Shown: positions 26,393 to 36,369 of the stretch, piece after piece | Layout: every line of letters starts with the position of its first letter | Position numbering within the stretch: position 1 is the stretch's first letter | NCBI GenBank assembly: GCA_020060565.1 | Contig: JAGVAE010000002.1 | Coordinates: forward strand, 85,036 to 149,035 | Source of the DNA: Candidatus Woesebacteria bacterium | Lineage (GTDB): Bacteria > Patescibacteriota > Microgenomatia > UBA8517 | Direction: 5' to 3' | Length of the DNA: 64,000 bases | Program-made: the position numbers and the translations under genes | Notes under the pieces: model-generated | Databases searched by the model: none | The model's input: only the letters and a program-made list of their open reading frames with translations | What the model was told of the DNA's origin: nothing

Positions 26393-28229
26393 CAATACAA
26401 AACCAATAGTCCAAGCACCAACCCAGCCATCTAGCCATCCAACCATTCAACCTTCACCTCAGTCTGAGGTAAAACCCAAGATTGTAAGTCCTGTGGCGGC
26501 TGTTGATGGGGGAGCTAGTGTAATTGATGTCATAGCTCCCCAAGCGATTGAGCAAGATTTTGATTATTTTAAAATTAATGATGTTTATTTCAGAACCATC
26601 TTTGTAGGGGGCTATCCAAGGTTTGTTGCTCCTGGTTGGTTGGAACCCGTTGTTAATTTTGACTCCTCCTTGGATATTTCTTTCTATGTTTATCCAGTTG
26701 ATGGAAAAACAGTACTTGATGATCTAAGACACAAGATTGCAGAGATGGAGGCGGAAATCTCAACAGACATAGAACGTGGAAGAATAGTGGATCCTTCCAC
26801 CCAAGCCAAGCTTGAAGATGCAAGGAGCCTTCAGGAACAACTAGTTAAAGGAATTGAAAGATTTTATGAGTTTAGTTTCTATATAACCATTCCCGCCAAC
26901 AATCTTGAGGAATTAAACCATGTTACAAAACAAATTGAATCTCAACTTGGATCTCTTTTAATTGTCAGTAAGCATGCACTTCTTGATCAGGAGTCGGGTT
27001 TTCTTTCAACTGCTCCTTTTGGAATGGATAGGTTAAATATTACAAGAAACATGGATACGACTTCTGTTGCTACAACTTTTCCTCTAACTTCAACCGAACT
27101 TTCCAGTGACCGCGGTGTTCTTTACGGAATAAACTCTCAAAATGAGTCTTTTATTATTTTTGATAGATTTTCTTTGGAGAATGCCAACATGACAATTTTT
27201 GCCACCTCTGGTGCAGGTAAATCTTATTTTGTAAAACTGGAGGCAGTTCGCTCCCTCATGATTGGAACTGAGGTAATAATAATTGATCCTGAAAGTGAAT
27301 ATAAACCATTAACACAAGCAGTTGGGGGCGAATATATTTCATTTTCTTTCAACTCTCCTGCCAAAATCAATCCTTTTGATTTGGCACAAATTAGAGAAGA
27401 AGGAGAAAACCAATTGGGTCAAAAGATTCTTTCCCTTCACTCTCTCATGAAAGTTATCATGGGTGCAATCACTCCCACCCAAGAAGCCCTTCTTGATCGC
27501 GCCCTTATCATGACCTATCGCAATAAAGGAATAACAATGGACCCAGATACACAGTCCAAAGAACCCCCACTAATGGAAGATCTTTATAAAACCCTAATTG
27601 GTATGGAGGTTCCTGATGCTTTAGACCTTGCTGCTCGGCTTGAGAAATTTGTAAGAGGGTCATTTGTGGGAATATTTGATAAACAAACAAATATAAATAT
27701 TAACAATCCTTTTACTGTTTTTTCTATTAAAGATTTACAGGACGCACTACGTCCCATCGCCATGTTTACAATTCTTGATTACATTTGGACAAGGGTTAAA
27801 AAAGACCTCAAGAAACGCATCTTAATCGCCGAAGAGGCCTGGCAAATGATGAAGTACCCCGATACCTCAGCCTTTTTGTGGAGTGTTGTTAAAAGGGCAC
27901 GTAAATATTATTTGGGCTTAACTACAATTACTCAGGATGTTGAAGACTTTTTAAGCCAGGATATTGGAAAAGCCATTGTTACAAATAGTTCCATGCAAGT
28001 ACTTCTTAAACAATCTCCTGCTGCAATTGATAAGATTGCGGAAGTTTTTTATTTGAGTCAGGGGGAAAAACAATTATTACTTGCTGCAAATGTTGGAGAG
28101 GGAATTTTCTTTGCAGGACCACACCATGCTCCAATTAGAGTTATTGCTAGTGAGGATGAAAATAAATTGATCACAACCAAACCACAAGAAATGATGATGA
28201 TAAATCCAAATGCATATGAGGCAAAATAA
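26385..28229 (+). CDS. virB4: VirB4-like ATPase
   Basis: Walker A ATSGAGKS, IIDPESEY, INPFD, Walker B LIAEEAW, RARKY, TITQD; GTG start. Confidence 0.9.
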   Translation: MDNNTKPIVQAPTQPSSHPTIQPSPQSEVKPKIVSPVAAVDGGASVIDVIAPQAIEQDFDYFKINDVYFRTIFVGGYPRFVAPGWLEPVVNFDSSLDISFYVYPVDGKTVLDDLRHKIAEMEAEISTDIERGRIVDPSTQAKLEDARSLQEQLVKGIERFYEFSFYITIPANNLEELNHVTKQIESQLGSLLIVSKHALLDQESGFLSTAPFGMDRLNITRNMDTTSVATTFPLTSTELSSDRGVLYGINSQNESFIIFDRFSLENANMTIFATSGAGKSYFVKLEAVRSLMIGTEVIIIDPESEYKPLTQAVGGEYISFSFNSPAKINPFDLAQIREEGENQLGQKILSLHSLMKVIMGAITPTQEALLDRALIMTYRNKGITMDPDTQSKEPPLMEDLYKTLIGMEVPDALDLAARLEKFVRGSFVGIFDKQTNININNPFTVFSIKDLQDALRPIAMFTILDYIWTRVKKDLKKRILIAEEAWQMMKYPDTSAFLWSVVKRARKYYLGLTTITQDVEDFLSQDIGKAIVTNSSMQVLLKQSPAAIDKIAEVFYLSQGEKQLLLAANVGEGIFFAGPHHAPIRVIASEDENKLITTKPQEMMMINPNAYEAK

Positions 28230-28231
28230 GT

Positions 28232-30973
28232 ATGGTAAAATATTATTCCCCACCAGAAACTCTTGAAACAGACCGTGACTCTTTAGAAAGCCTAATTAAA
28301 TCAACTGAATACGCTTTTAAGGGAGATTTGTTTGGTGGGAGCGAAACCAACCTTTCTCTTTCTCAACCTTTTACCTCTCCCGACGGTAAGTATCGCTGGC
28401 AAAGTGTAAAAGATTTCTTTATTTATATTACAGACTTAACAAAAACTGGAAACATTAAAGTGGCAAACGCTGTTCTTTACGACAATCTTGCCAAAGCGCC
28501 AAAATATGTTGAATTTAAAGGAGCTGAAAAATCCCCTGTTGACCAAACACTTCCACAAAAAGGAATTCTTGAACAGTTTGAAAAGGAGATGGAGACAAAA
28601 GAGGCCGGAAGGAAAAAGGTTGTTGAAGAATCTGATAGACAAGTCCGAGCAGCAATAGAAAAACAAAAAGAAGTATATAAAGCAACTATTCAGGAACAAA
28701 TAAAACAAGCAAAAGAGGCTGAAGTCAATCTTAAAGGTAAAAAGATATATGTAAAAGTTGAAGATCCTGATATTGAACAAGTACCTGAAGTTAAAAGCTT
28801 AAAAGAACAGGCAGAGGTAGATCCTAAAAAATTTATTGAGGATGCATCAAAAGAATTTGGTAAAAACCCAAACATTAAAGATTTATCTATTGATGAACAA
28901 ATGGCTGCAGCAAAACAAGCTTCTCTTACAAGCTACGAGGTATTGACTAACAATTCTCCACTCGTCCAAGCAGCTGTTATTAACAAAGTTGCCTCAGACC
29001 CTAATACTAAAAATTATTTAGAGAATGCCGCAGCCTCTCTAGTCAATCAAAAAATGTCCCAACTTGAGCTAAGTAAGGTGTTTTTTGATTCATCAAAAAT
29101 AGATGGACACAAAAATATCAACGATATCAATGTCGAGATTTCCTATACCCCAAAGCCTGGATTTAAAGAATACGACTTAAACGAACAGATAATTAGACCC
29201 CACCTTGAAAACTTGAACCATCAAAATCTTTTAGTTGACACTTTTAAAGATTTTAGTGAAGGGGAAATAAAATCGCGTATTTTACTAGGAATTGGTGGTC
29301 GAATAGAAGCTCATGTTGCAAAACTTCCTGCGGGGAGTCTAGTTGCCAAAGCATATAGGTCAGACGTGGTTCAACTAGGAATGTCTTCCATGGGTTTTGT
29401 TAGAGCTGTTCCTGTTGCTGCGGTTGAAGGATCTATTGTGGGAGAAGTTATTACCGCTTCTGGGTTAGGGAACGCTGCTTTGGTTGTTCAAGCTAAAACA
29501 GGTATAAATTTAGGTGTTAAGTTGGCTGCCAAAACTAGTGCAGAAACTGCAGTTAAGGTTGGTGTTGAAACCACTGTCAAAGCAGGCGTTTCAACTGCAG
29601 CAAAAACAGGGTTTAAAGGACTACTAGCAAAAATTGGAACTTCTCTTTTTGGAACAGCTGCTGGCGGACCGATAGGATTCATCGCTACTTGGATTGGCAC
29701 AGATGTTTTATTAAAACTTGTCGAAAAAATCCCTTGGGGAAAAATTAAAAAGTTTGGTGTAGCAATTGCCTCTTTTATTGTGGGCGTCCCAATGCTTGCA
29801 ATAGGACTTACAATGGCCAACGCTCCTTTGACACTTGGCGGTTTTGGTTTAACAGCTTTTGGTGCTGCTTCTGCAAAAGGACTTACATTAGCTGGAACTG
29901 TTGGTGGAGCATTTAAATTGTTTGGTGTGATTGGAACAGCAACCCTGGGAGCAATCGGGGGACCCATACTTTCTTTTTTGATTGGTTTTCCATTAGTTGT
30001 TGCCTTGATTTTGTTTATAATAAATTCTGGAGCCTATGTTGTTCCTGAATCCTCTTTGTCTTATTCAAAGGGACAAGATAATCCATATTTGTCTGTAACG
30101 AAAGAGGCAAACCCCGGAAAAATAAGTAATCCTTCAGGAAACCAACCTGTCTCATTTACTGTTTCAGTTACTGCCACCAAAACTACACTTACCAACGTAA
30201 AAATTGAATCTACATCTTGTAATGTAATCAAAAAAGATGGGTCGAATGTTGGGTGTCCTTTAGAGAATATTCAAGAATTACCTGCAGATTTAAAACTTTC
30301 GCCAGGAAACCCTTATGTTTTTGATTTTTCTGTGGATTTTGGATCAAACCTTTCAGATTCGTTAGTTTTTGATTCCATTAAGATTAGTGCAGACTCAGAC
30401 GAACAAAAAGGTATTACAACTTCGGGGTCAGAAACCGTCTGTGTGGGAGAGTGTCCAGTTGATTGTGTTAAAGTTGAAGACAACGCAATGCCCTGGCCAG
30501 GAAATCTGCGAGCAAATCTTGAAGCCGCCGTTGCCTCTCTTTCTGGAGGTCACCCTGGCTTTATAGCAAAAGTGTGTAGTAACAATAAAGAAGTAAACCT
30601 TTGTTATAATCCCCCACAAATAAGTGAGGGGTATTTTGCGTGGCATATACATACTGATAGCTGTGATGTTGTTTTTAATCAAAAAGGTCTACAAAGTGAA
30701 AAGGATGCTCTTTTCTTGGTAACTCACGAATTAACACACCATATCCAAAAAATAGTTGGTGGTAGTGTTCAGGAATATTTAGATTCAGGGGGTTTTAGGG
30801 AATTGGCAGGGGAGGGTTTTTGTACTTACAAAGACACTGCTAATGATGTTTACGAGTCCATGGCTGAAGCCTTAGGTCTTTATGCATCAATTCCTTCATG
30901 GGGAGGGTGTGCAGCCAACTACAGAACCAAGTATCCAAGAAATTATGTTTTTGCAGAAGGTTTTATGAAGTAA
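28232..30973 (+). CDS. large membrane protein with coiled coil, Gly/Ala-rich hydrophobic region, Ig-like domain and C-terminal HExxH metallopeptidase-like domain
   Basis: LVTHELTHH plus downstream ESMAEA; LSVTKEANP...VSFTVSV beta-rich segment. Confidence 0.7.
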   Translation: MVKYYSPPETLETDRDSLESLIKSTEYAFKGDLFGGSETNLSLSQPFTSPDGKYRWQSVKDFFIYITDLTKTGNIKVANAVLYDNLAKAPKYVEFKGAEKSPVDQTLPQKGILEQFEKEMETKEAGRKKVVEESDRQVRAAIEKQKEVYKATIQEQIKQAKEAEVNLKGKKIYVKVEDPDIEQVPEVKSLKEQAEVDPKKFIEDASKEFGKNPNIKDLSIDEQMAAAKQASLTSYEVLTNNSPLVQAAVINKVASDPNTKNYLENAAASLVNQKMSQLELSKVFFDSSKIDGHKNINDINVEISYTPKPGFKEYDLNEQIIRPHLENLNHQNLLVDTFKDFSEGEIKSRILLGIGGRIEAHVAKLPAGSLVAKAYRSDVVQLGMSSMGFVRAVPVAAVEGSIVGEVITASGLGNAALVVQAKTGINLGVKLAAKTSAETAVKVGVETTVKAGVSTAAKTGFKGLLAKIGTSLFGTAAGGPIGFIATWIGTDVLLKLVEKIPWGKIKKFGVAIASFIVGVPMLAIGLTMANAPLTLGGFGLTAFGAASAKGLTLAGTVGGAFKLFGVIGTATLGAIGGPILSFLIGFPLVVALILFIINSGAYVVPESSLSYSKGQDNPYLSVTKEANPGKISNPSGNQPVSFTVSVTATKTTLTNVKIESTSCNVIKKDGSNVGCPLENIQELPADLKLSPGNPYVFDFSVDFGSNLSDSLVFDSIKISADSDEQKGITTSGSETVCVGECPVDCVKVEDNAMPWPGNLRANLEAAVASLSGGHPGFIAKVCSNNKEVNLCYNPPQISEGYFAWHIHTDSCDVVFNQKGLQSEKDALFLVTHELTHHIQKIVGGSVQEYLDSGGFRELAGEGFCTYKDTANDVYESMAEALGLYASIPSWGGCAANYRTKYPRNYVFAEGFMK

Positions 30974-30983
30974 AATAAAATAT

Positions 30984-31568
30984 ATGGGAAAAGTTTTTAA
31001 TTTTATTAAAAAATATTGGGTTCTAATTTTGATAGCACTAATGCTTGTGTTGGTTATTATTGATAAATTTATTATTCCTGATAAAAAAGTCTCCCAAACT
31101 GTTTCAACCCCAAAATCAAACAGGGTTGCTGATTACAAATCAATTCAGCCTGGAAAAAGTAAGCTAGAAGAAATTAATAGTCTTTTAGGTTATCCAATTG
31201 AACAGAGTGAAAAGGATGGAAACATAATTGCCGAATACAGATCTTCAAGTAATTATAGAAATAATCTTGTGACTGTACAAAATGGAGTAGCTACTTTGAT
31301 TAAAGAAATTGTTACCGCAACCGACAATAAAAAATCTCAAGACATAATACAAGAATATGGCGAAGCTCCTTTTGTTCTCTATGACCAAAAACCTAGTTCA
31401 ACTTTCAATTTGTATGTTTATCCCACAAACGGAATCGCCTATCTTGGACATGAAGATGGAACCTTACTTGAAGTCTGGTATTTCCAACCAATTGATATTG
31501 ATTCGTTCATTTCAACCTGGGCAAAAGATTATTCTAAAGAAAAAACAACTGAGACCTTAAAATATTAG
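30984..31568 (+). CDS. membrane-anchored hypothetical protein
   Basis: N-terminal TM; IQPGKSKLEEINSLLGYP and IIQEYGEAP internal repeats. Confidence 0.7.
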   Translation: MGKVFNFIKKYWVLILIALMLVLVIIDKFIIPDKKVSQTVSTPKSNRVADYKSIQPGKSKLEEINSLLGYPIEQSEKDGNIIAEYRSSSNYRNNLVTVQNGVATLIKEIVTATDNKKSQDIIQEYGEAPFVLYDQKPSSTFNLYVYPTNGIAYLGHEDGTLLEVWYFQPIDIDSFISTWAKDYSKEKTTETLKY

Positions 31569-31574
31569 ATTCTT

Positions 31575-32690
31575 CTAGTTTTGAATTCTAACTGGCATTA
31601 TTAGATGGAGATAATCTGGATCTGTTGAATCTGTAAAAACACCAGCTTTATCCATTGTTGTAAATTCCATTTTTACCTCATCCCCCACTACTGAGTGAAG
31701 GAACTCTTCTAAAAATCTATAGTTAAATGAAATTTCAAAATCTTTTATTTCTCCTTCAATTTTTGCCTCAACTTGGGTTTCTTGACTTCCCGAGGAACTA
31801 CTTTCCGCAAGAACCTTTACTGAGTCTTTAGAAAGTTTCAATTTAACAATATTGGCTGCTTCTCTTGCAAAAATAGATGCGAGCTTAACCGCTCTTAAAA
31901 ATTCTTCTTTATCAAGTCTTACTGAAATTTGTGAGCTTTTTGGAATAATCTTTTCAAAATCAGGATATTCCCCTTCCAAAATTTTGGATGACAAAACAAC
32001 ATCCCCAAGTCCAAAAATAACCTGTTTTTCTTTTTCTTGTATTTCAAACTGAATTTCTGATATCTCATCTGTTGATCTCCCCAATTCCGAAAGGATTCCT
32101 TTGGGTATTACGATTTTTTGCAAACTTTTCTGGTTTTTTTGTGAATCTATTCTTATTTTCTTTTTTGATAACCTAAATCCATCAGTAGCAACTAAAAACA
32201 AATCGTTTTTATCTATTATTACAAGTACACCAGTAAGGATTGGTCTTGTTTCATCTGTACTTGTTGCAAAAATTACTTGAGAAAGTGATTCTACCAACTC
32301 TTTCTTTGGTAACACAAACGGATTAGTTAATATGTTTGGAATTTTTGGAAAATCCGAGGCATTCATTCCTAATACTTTTGATGTAAATCCTGAGGTTGAT
32401 ATTTTTAATTGTTCCTTTTCAGATTCCAATAAGACAGTTTCTTTGGAAAGATTGTTTACTAGGTCTGAAATTACTTTTGAAGGAATGCTTATTTCTCCTT
32501 CTTCTTCTATCTTTGCTCCAATCTGTGTAACCACTGATATTTCCAAATTTGTCGAAGATATCGTAAGTTTCGTTTTGGTTGCTTTTAAAAGAATGTTTCC
32601 AAGTATTGGGAGTTGAGATCTAACACTTACGAATCTGGAGGCTTGGGTAACTGCTTTTGCTAAGTTTTCTTGTAGTACGTTTAATTTCAT
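31575..32690 (-). CDS. dnaN: DNA polymerase III beta clamp
   Basis: LPILGNILL, STNLE, RPILTGV, VATDGFRL, GEYPDF, LIMPVR. Confidence 0.98.
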   Translation of the reverse strand: MKLNVLQENLAKAVTQASRFVSVRSQLPILGNILLKATKTKLTISSTNLEISVVTQIGAKIEEEGEISIPSKVISDLVNNLSKETVLLESEKEQLKISTSGFTSKVLGMNASDFPKIPNILTNPFVLPKKELVESLSQVIFATSTDETRPILTGVLVIIDKNDLFLVATDGFRLSKKKIRIDSQKNQKSLQKIVIPKGILSELGRSTDEISEIQFEIQEKEKQVIFGLGDVVLSSKILEGEYPDFEKIIPKSSQISVRLDKEEFLRAVKLASIFAREAANIVKLKLSKDSVKVLAESSSSGSQETQVEAKIEGEIKDFEISFNYRFLEEFLHSVVGDEVKMEFTTMDKAGVFTDSTDPDYLHLIMPVRIQN

Positions 32691-32716
32691 TTTGACGGTT
32701 TTTTGGTTTGGTGTTT

Positions 32717-32873
32717 CATATTATATATTAAACAGTAGTACTAGTAGTAGTCAGTGTTGATAAGTTGATAAAAACTTAAGTTTAGAATTAAGATTCGGGA
32801 CATATTAGTGTTTACATTGAGCATAGTGAAATGTTGATAAAGTTGTGGATAATTCTGAGATACCTGTTGATAA
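32717..32873. other. replication origin oriC (DnaA boxes, DnaA-trios, AT-rich unwinding element)
   Basis: TGTTGATAA 32755, 32832, 32865; TGTGGATAA 32844; TAG-trio run about 32733-32751; AT-only stretch 32718-32732; lies between dnaA and dnaN. Confidence 0.85.
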
Positions 32874-32897
32874 GTTTGTACTTCTTATCTTTTATCC

Positions 32898-34271
32898 TCA
32901 TATCCCCAATTTGATCTTTGATATATCCTCACGAATATGCACATCTGTTGTGGCTAGTTCTGTAATCTTACCCACAGCGTGCATAACAGTAGTATGGTCG
33001 CGTCCTCCAACCAACCTTCCAACTTCTTCAAGAGGGATTCCTAAATGAGTTCTTAGTAAGTACATAAGAATTTGTCTGGGTCTAGCAACGGGTCTTGCCC
33101 GTGAATCTCCAAGAAGGGACCTCTTGCCTATTTGATAGTAACTTGAAACTGCCTCAACAACCTCTGAAGGGTCTTTTTTTACTATTTTTCCGTTTGTTTC
33201 GATTCCCTTTCCTAAAACTGACTCTATAAGTTCGTTGCTAATTTCTAAGTGTTTAAGTTTTATCTCAGTCATAAGTTTGATAAGTACACCCTCAATTTTT
33301 CTAGCAGAATCGATATTTCCTGCAATCATTTGAATGTGTTCCATTTCAAGAACAATTCCTTTCTCTTTTGCTTTAATTTGGGTAATTGCACACCTAAGTT
33401 CAAAGTCGGGAGGTGCAATGTCTACAATTAAACCTGCTTCAAAGCGGCTCCTAAGACGTTCTTCAAGGCGTGCAATTTCACTTGGTTGTCTATCACTTGT
33501 AAGAATTACTTGTCCCCCAGCGGCTGTTACAGTATTGAATGTATGGAAAAACTCTTCTTGTACAGCGTCTTTACCTGCAATGAACTGGATATCATCAATT
33601 AACAGAAGATCTAGTTTTCTATATTTATCCCTGAAGCTTTGTGTAGTTTTGTTTCTAATACCCTCAATAATATCGTTTGTAAAACTCTCTCCAGTACAGA
33701 GTAAAACTTTAAGGCTAGAGTTCTTTTTAAGAGCGGAGTTTCCCACTGCACCCATTAAATGGGTTTTACCTACCCCTACCCCGCCCCAAATAAAAAGTGG
33801 GTTGTATGCACTTCCTAAACTGTCAGACACCGCAAGGGCTGCGGCATGTGCCATTTGATTTGAACCCGATACTGCAAAGTTTTCAAAATTGAAATTAGGT
33901 CTTATTTTGGCTCTATTTAAAACTTCCAATAGATTCTCGTTTTTTTCATCCTTTTTACCTTCTGATTGGAAAAGGGGAGAAATATTTAATTCTTTTACCA
34001 CGCCCTTTTCTGGGTTCTCTTTGATTACAAATACAACATCACAAGGCTTACCAATTACTTTAGAAATCGAATCTTGTATTAAACCAAAATATCTTGATTC
34101 AATTGTACTTTTTACAAAAAGCGAAGAACAGCCTACCTCAACAAGCATTCTCTCCCCCATCTCTTGAGCCTTTGCTAAATGGGTTTGAGAAAACCAAGTA
34201 GAAAAAATTGCAGGAGAGACGGAAACCTTTACAATCTCTAATGTATCCTTCCAAGAAGATTTGTTATCCAT
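32898..34271 (-). CDS. dnaA: chromosomal replication initiator DnaA
   Basis: YNPLFIWGGVGVGKTHL, LLIDDIQF, QEEFFHTFN, GGRDHTTVMHA. Confidence 0.99.
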   Translation of the reverse strand: MDNKSSWKDTLEIVKVSVSPAIFSTWFSQTHLAKAQEMGERMLVEVGCSSLFVKSTIESRYFGLIQDSISKVIGKPCDVVFVIKENPEKGVVKELNISPLFQSEGKKDEKNENLLEVLNRAKIRPNFNFENFAVSGSNQMAHAAALAVSDSLGSAYNPLFIWGGVGVGKTHLMGAVGNSALKKNSSLKVLLCTGESFTNDIIEGIRNKTTQSFRDKYRKLDLLLIDDIQFIAGKDAVQEEFFHTFNTVTAAGGQVILTSDRQPSEIARLEERLRSRFEAGLIVDIAPPDFELRCAITQIKAKEKGIVLEMEHIQMIAGNIDSARKIEGVLIKLMTEIKLKHLEISNELIESVLGKGIETNGKIVKKDPSEVVEAVSSYYQIGKRSLLGDSRARPVARPRQILMYLLRTHLGIPLEEVGRLVGGRDHTTVMHAVGKITELATTDVHIREDISKIKLGI

Positions 34272-34292
34272 GGTAACTGTCTATTTACAAAG

Positions 34293-34301
34293 TTATCCAC
34301 A
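34293..34301 (+). promoter_or_regulatory. perfect DnaA box in the dnaA-rpmH intergenic region
   Basis: TTATCCACA. Confidence 0.8.
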
Positions 34302-34338
34302 ATGAGTCAAGTGGCAATTTTTGTGATATAATCACTCC

Positions 34339-34479
34339 ATGAGTACAAAAAGAACTTATCAGCCAAGCAAAACCAAAAGAAGAAATACACACGGATTTTT
34401 ATCTAGAATGAAGTCTGCCGATGGTAGAAAAATTTTAAAAAGAAGAAGACTAAAAGGTAGAAAAAATTTAACCGTTTAA
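34339..34479 (+). CDS. rpmH: 50S ribosomal protein L34
   Basis: Manual translation [46 protein letters not shown]. Confidence 0.98.
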   Translation: MSTKRTYQPSKTKRRNTHGFLSRMKSADGRKILKRRRLKGRKNLTV

Positions 34480-34491
34480 CTTCAATTAATA

Positions 34492-34836
34492 ATGTTGGCA
34501 AAAAAACATAGACTTACAGGTTCAGGTGATTTTGCAAAAGTCCAAAAAGAAGGAAACACCTTCCAGTCAACCAACTTTGGTGTAGCAATACTAGACAGAA
34601 AAGATGACAACCCTCCTAGGTTTGCTTTTGTGGTTTCTACAAAAATTGCTAAGGATGCCATTGATAGAAACACAATCAAACGCCACATGAGCGAAACCGT
34701 GAGGCTGCTAACTAATGAGGTTAAAAACGGACTCGATGTTGTTTTTCTTGCAAAAACCAGCATTATGAGAATTCCTGCAGATGGTATTGTTCGTGAGGTA
34801 AGAACTGCAGTTAGAGAGTGTGGTATTACGAAGTGA
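34492..34836 (+). CDS. rnpA: RNase P protein component
   Basis: [22 protein letters not shown]; canonical position after rpmH. Confidence 0.95.
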   Translation: MLAKKHRLTGSGDFAKVQKEGNTFQSTNFGVAILDRKDDNPPRFAFVVSTKIAKDAIDRNTIKRHMSETVRLLTNEVKNGLDVVFLAKTSIMRIPADGIVREVRTAVRECGITK

Positions 34837-35054
34837 AGACTCTTTTAACTTTTGTAATTAACCTTTATAAAAAGCTTTTCTCACCAATTCTTGAAGGGTT
34901 GTTTGGTAAGGCTTGCAGGTTTACACCGACCTGTAGTCAGTATACAATTGAAGCTCTGGAAAAATATGGGGCAACAAAAGGTTTGTTATTAGGAATCAAA
35001 AGATTCTTAAGATGTCACCCTTGGGGAAGCTCAGGATACGATCCTGTAAAATAA
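34833..35054 (+). CDS. yidD: membrane protein insertion efficiency factor
   Basis: [10 protein letters not shown]...RFLRCHPW...GYDPV; GTG start. Confidence 0.95.
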   Translation: MKTLLTFVINLYKKLFSPILEGLFGKACRFTPTCSQYTIEALEKYGATKGLLLGIKRFLRCHPWGSSGYDPVK

Positions 35055-35058
35055 TTAT

Positions 35059-35898
35059 ATGTTTCAATTTTTAGGACAAATATTTTCAACAATACTAACT
35101 CAGCCACTCGCAAATGGTCTTATTCTTTTTTATAACATCTTTGGTCATAATCTAGGAGTTGCCACAATTGTTTTTAGCGCTGTTTTGTTCTTAATAACAC
35201 GCCCTCTAAATAAACCTCAGATGGAATCGATGAAAAAAATTAAAGAAGTTCAACCTCTTGTAAACAAACTTAAAGCAAAATATGGGACAGATAAAATGGG
35301 TTTTTCTAAAGCCCAGGCCGAACTATATAAACAAAAAGGGATAAATCCAGGAGCGGGTTGTATTTTTCAGATACTACAACTAGTAATTTTGATTACCTTT
35401 TACCAAGTGTTTGCCAATTCTCTTTCAAATACAGCTGATTCGCTGGTTAAATTAAATGATTTACTCTACCAACCTTTAAAAATTGCAACCGATTCAACTC
35501 TTAATACAAGTTTTTGGTATTTAAACATTAGTAAACCCGACCTTATTCATATTCCGGGAATTTCTTTCGGGCTTCCTGGCCTTTTCTTGATTTTGGCAAC
35601 TATTTCTCAGTTTCTATCTATAAAAATTACAGCACCTTATATAAAACAGGAAGAAAAAGTTGTTAAAGCCACAAAGAGCGAGACCGATAACATGCAACTG
35701 GCAATGAGTTCTTCAATGATGTATACGATTCCCTTAATGACCCTTTATTTCGGATATCAATTTCCATCAGGTCTAGCACTTTATTGGTTGATATTCTCAC
35801 TAGGAACTGTTTGGCAGCAGGTATCAATTAATGGTTGGGGAGGTTTAACCCCTTTCTTAAAGAAATTTAATCTGTTAAAATCCGAAGCACAAAAATGA
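35059..35898 (+). CDS. yidC: YidC/Oxa1 membrane insertase
   Basis: ELYKQKGINPGAGC, FPSGLALYW; synteny. Confidence 0.93.
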   Translation: MFQFLGQIFSTILTQPLANGLILFYNIFGHNLGVATIVFSAVLFLITRPLNKPQMESMKKIKEVQPLVNKLKAKYGTDKMGFSKAQAELYKQKGINPGAGCIFQILQLVILITFYQVFANSLSNTADSLVKLNDLLYQPLKIATDSTLNTSFWYLNISKPDLIHIPGISFGLPGLFLILATISQFLSIKITAPYIKQEEKVVKATKSETDNMQLAMSSSMMYTIPLMTLYFGYQFPSGLALYWLIFSLGTVWQQVSINGWGGLTPFLKKFNLLKSEAQK

Positions 35899-36353
35899 AG
35901 AACGAAAAAATTCTAAAAGAGTTGACAGACGAACTGTTAAAACTGATGGCAACTCACGCTTCAGCGGAAGTTTCATACGACAAATCCAACGAGAGCTATG
36001 TGGTTAATATAGATGGAAAGGACGAAACAGGGCTTTTAATTGGTAAAAAAGGAGAAACACTTCTAAGTCTACAAACAATACTTGGAATACTTCTTAAAGG
36101 TAAAACGGGGGAGTGGGAGAGAGTTACCGTCAACGTTGGAGACTATCTTGAAAAAGAAGAGGAGTATCTTAAAAATTTAGCAGTTAACACTGCTTCTCGT
36201 GCAAAAGAAACCAAAGAGCCACAAAGCCTTTATAACCTAAAACCATTTCAGAGAAGAATTATACATATGGTTCTTTCAGAAGACAAAGAAATAGTTACAG
36301 AGTCAGTGGGGGAGGGTGAAGAGAGATATTTAGTTGTGAAAGCTTCAAAATAG
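35895..36353 (+). CDS. jag: Jag/KhpB-like KH-R3H RNA-binding protein (short form)
   Basis: LLIGKKGETLLSLQ (KH), RRIIH (R3H), SVGEGEERY. Confidence 0.9.
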   Translation: MKNEKILKELTDELLKLMATHASAEVSYDKSNESYVVNIDGKDETGLLIGKKGETLLSLQTILGILLKGKTGEWERVTVNVGDYLEKEEEYLKNLAVNTASRAKETKEPQSLYNLKPFQRRIIHMVLSEDKEIVTESVGEGEERYLVVKASK

Positions 36354-36369
36354 AGTAAAATCCAGTTAA

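Noticed and set aside
29488-29967. 159-aa antisense ORF, and similar ones such as 33334-33858 and 52148-52753
   Set aside because: Antisense shadows of long well-supported genes with no motifs.
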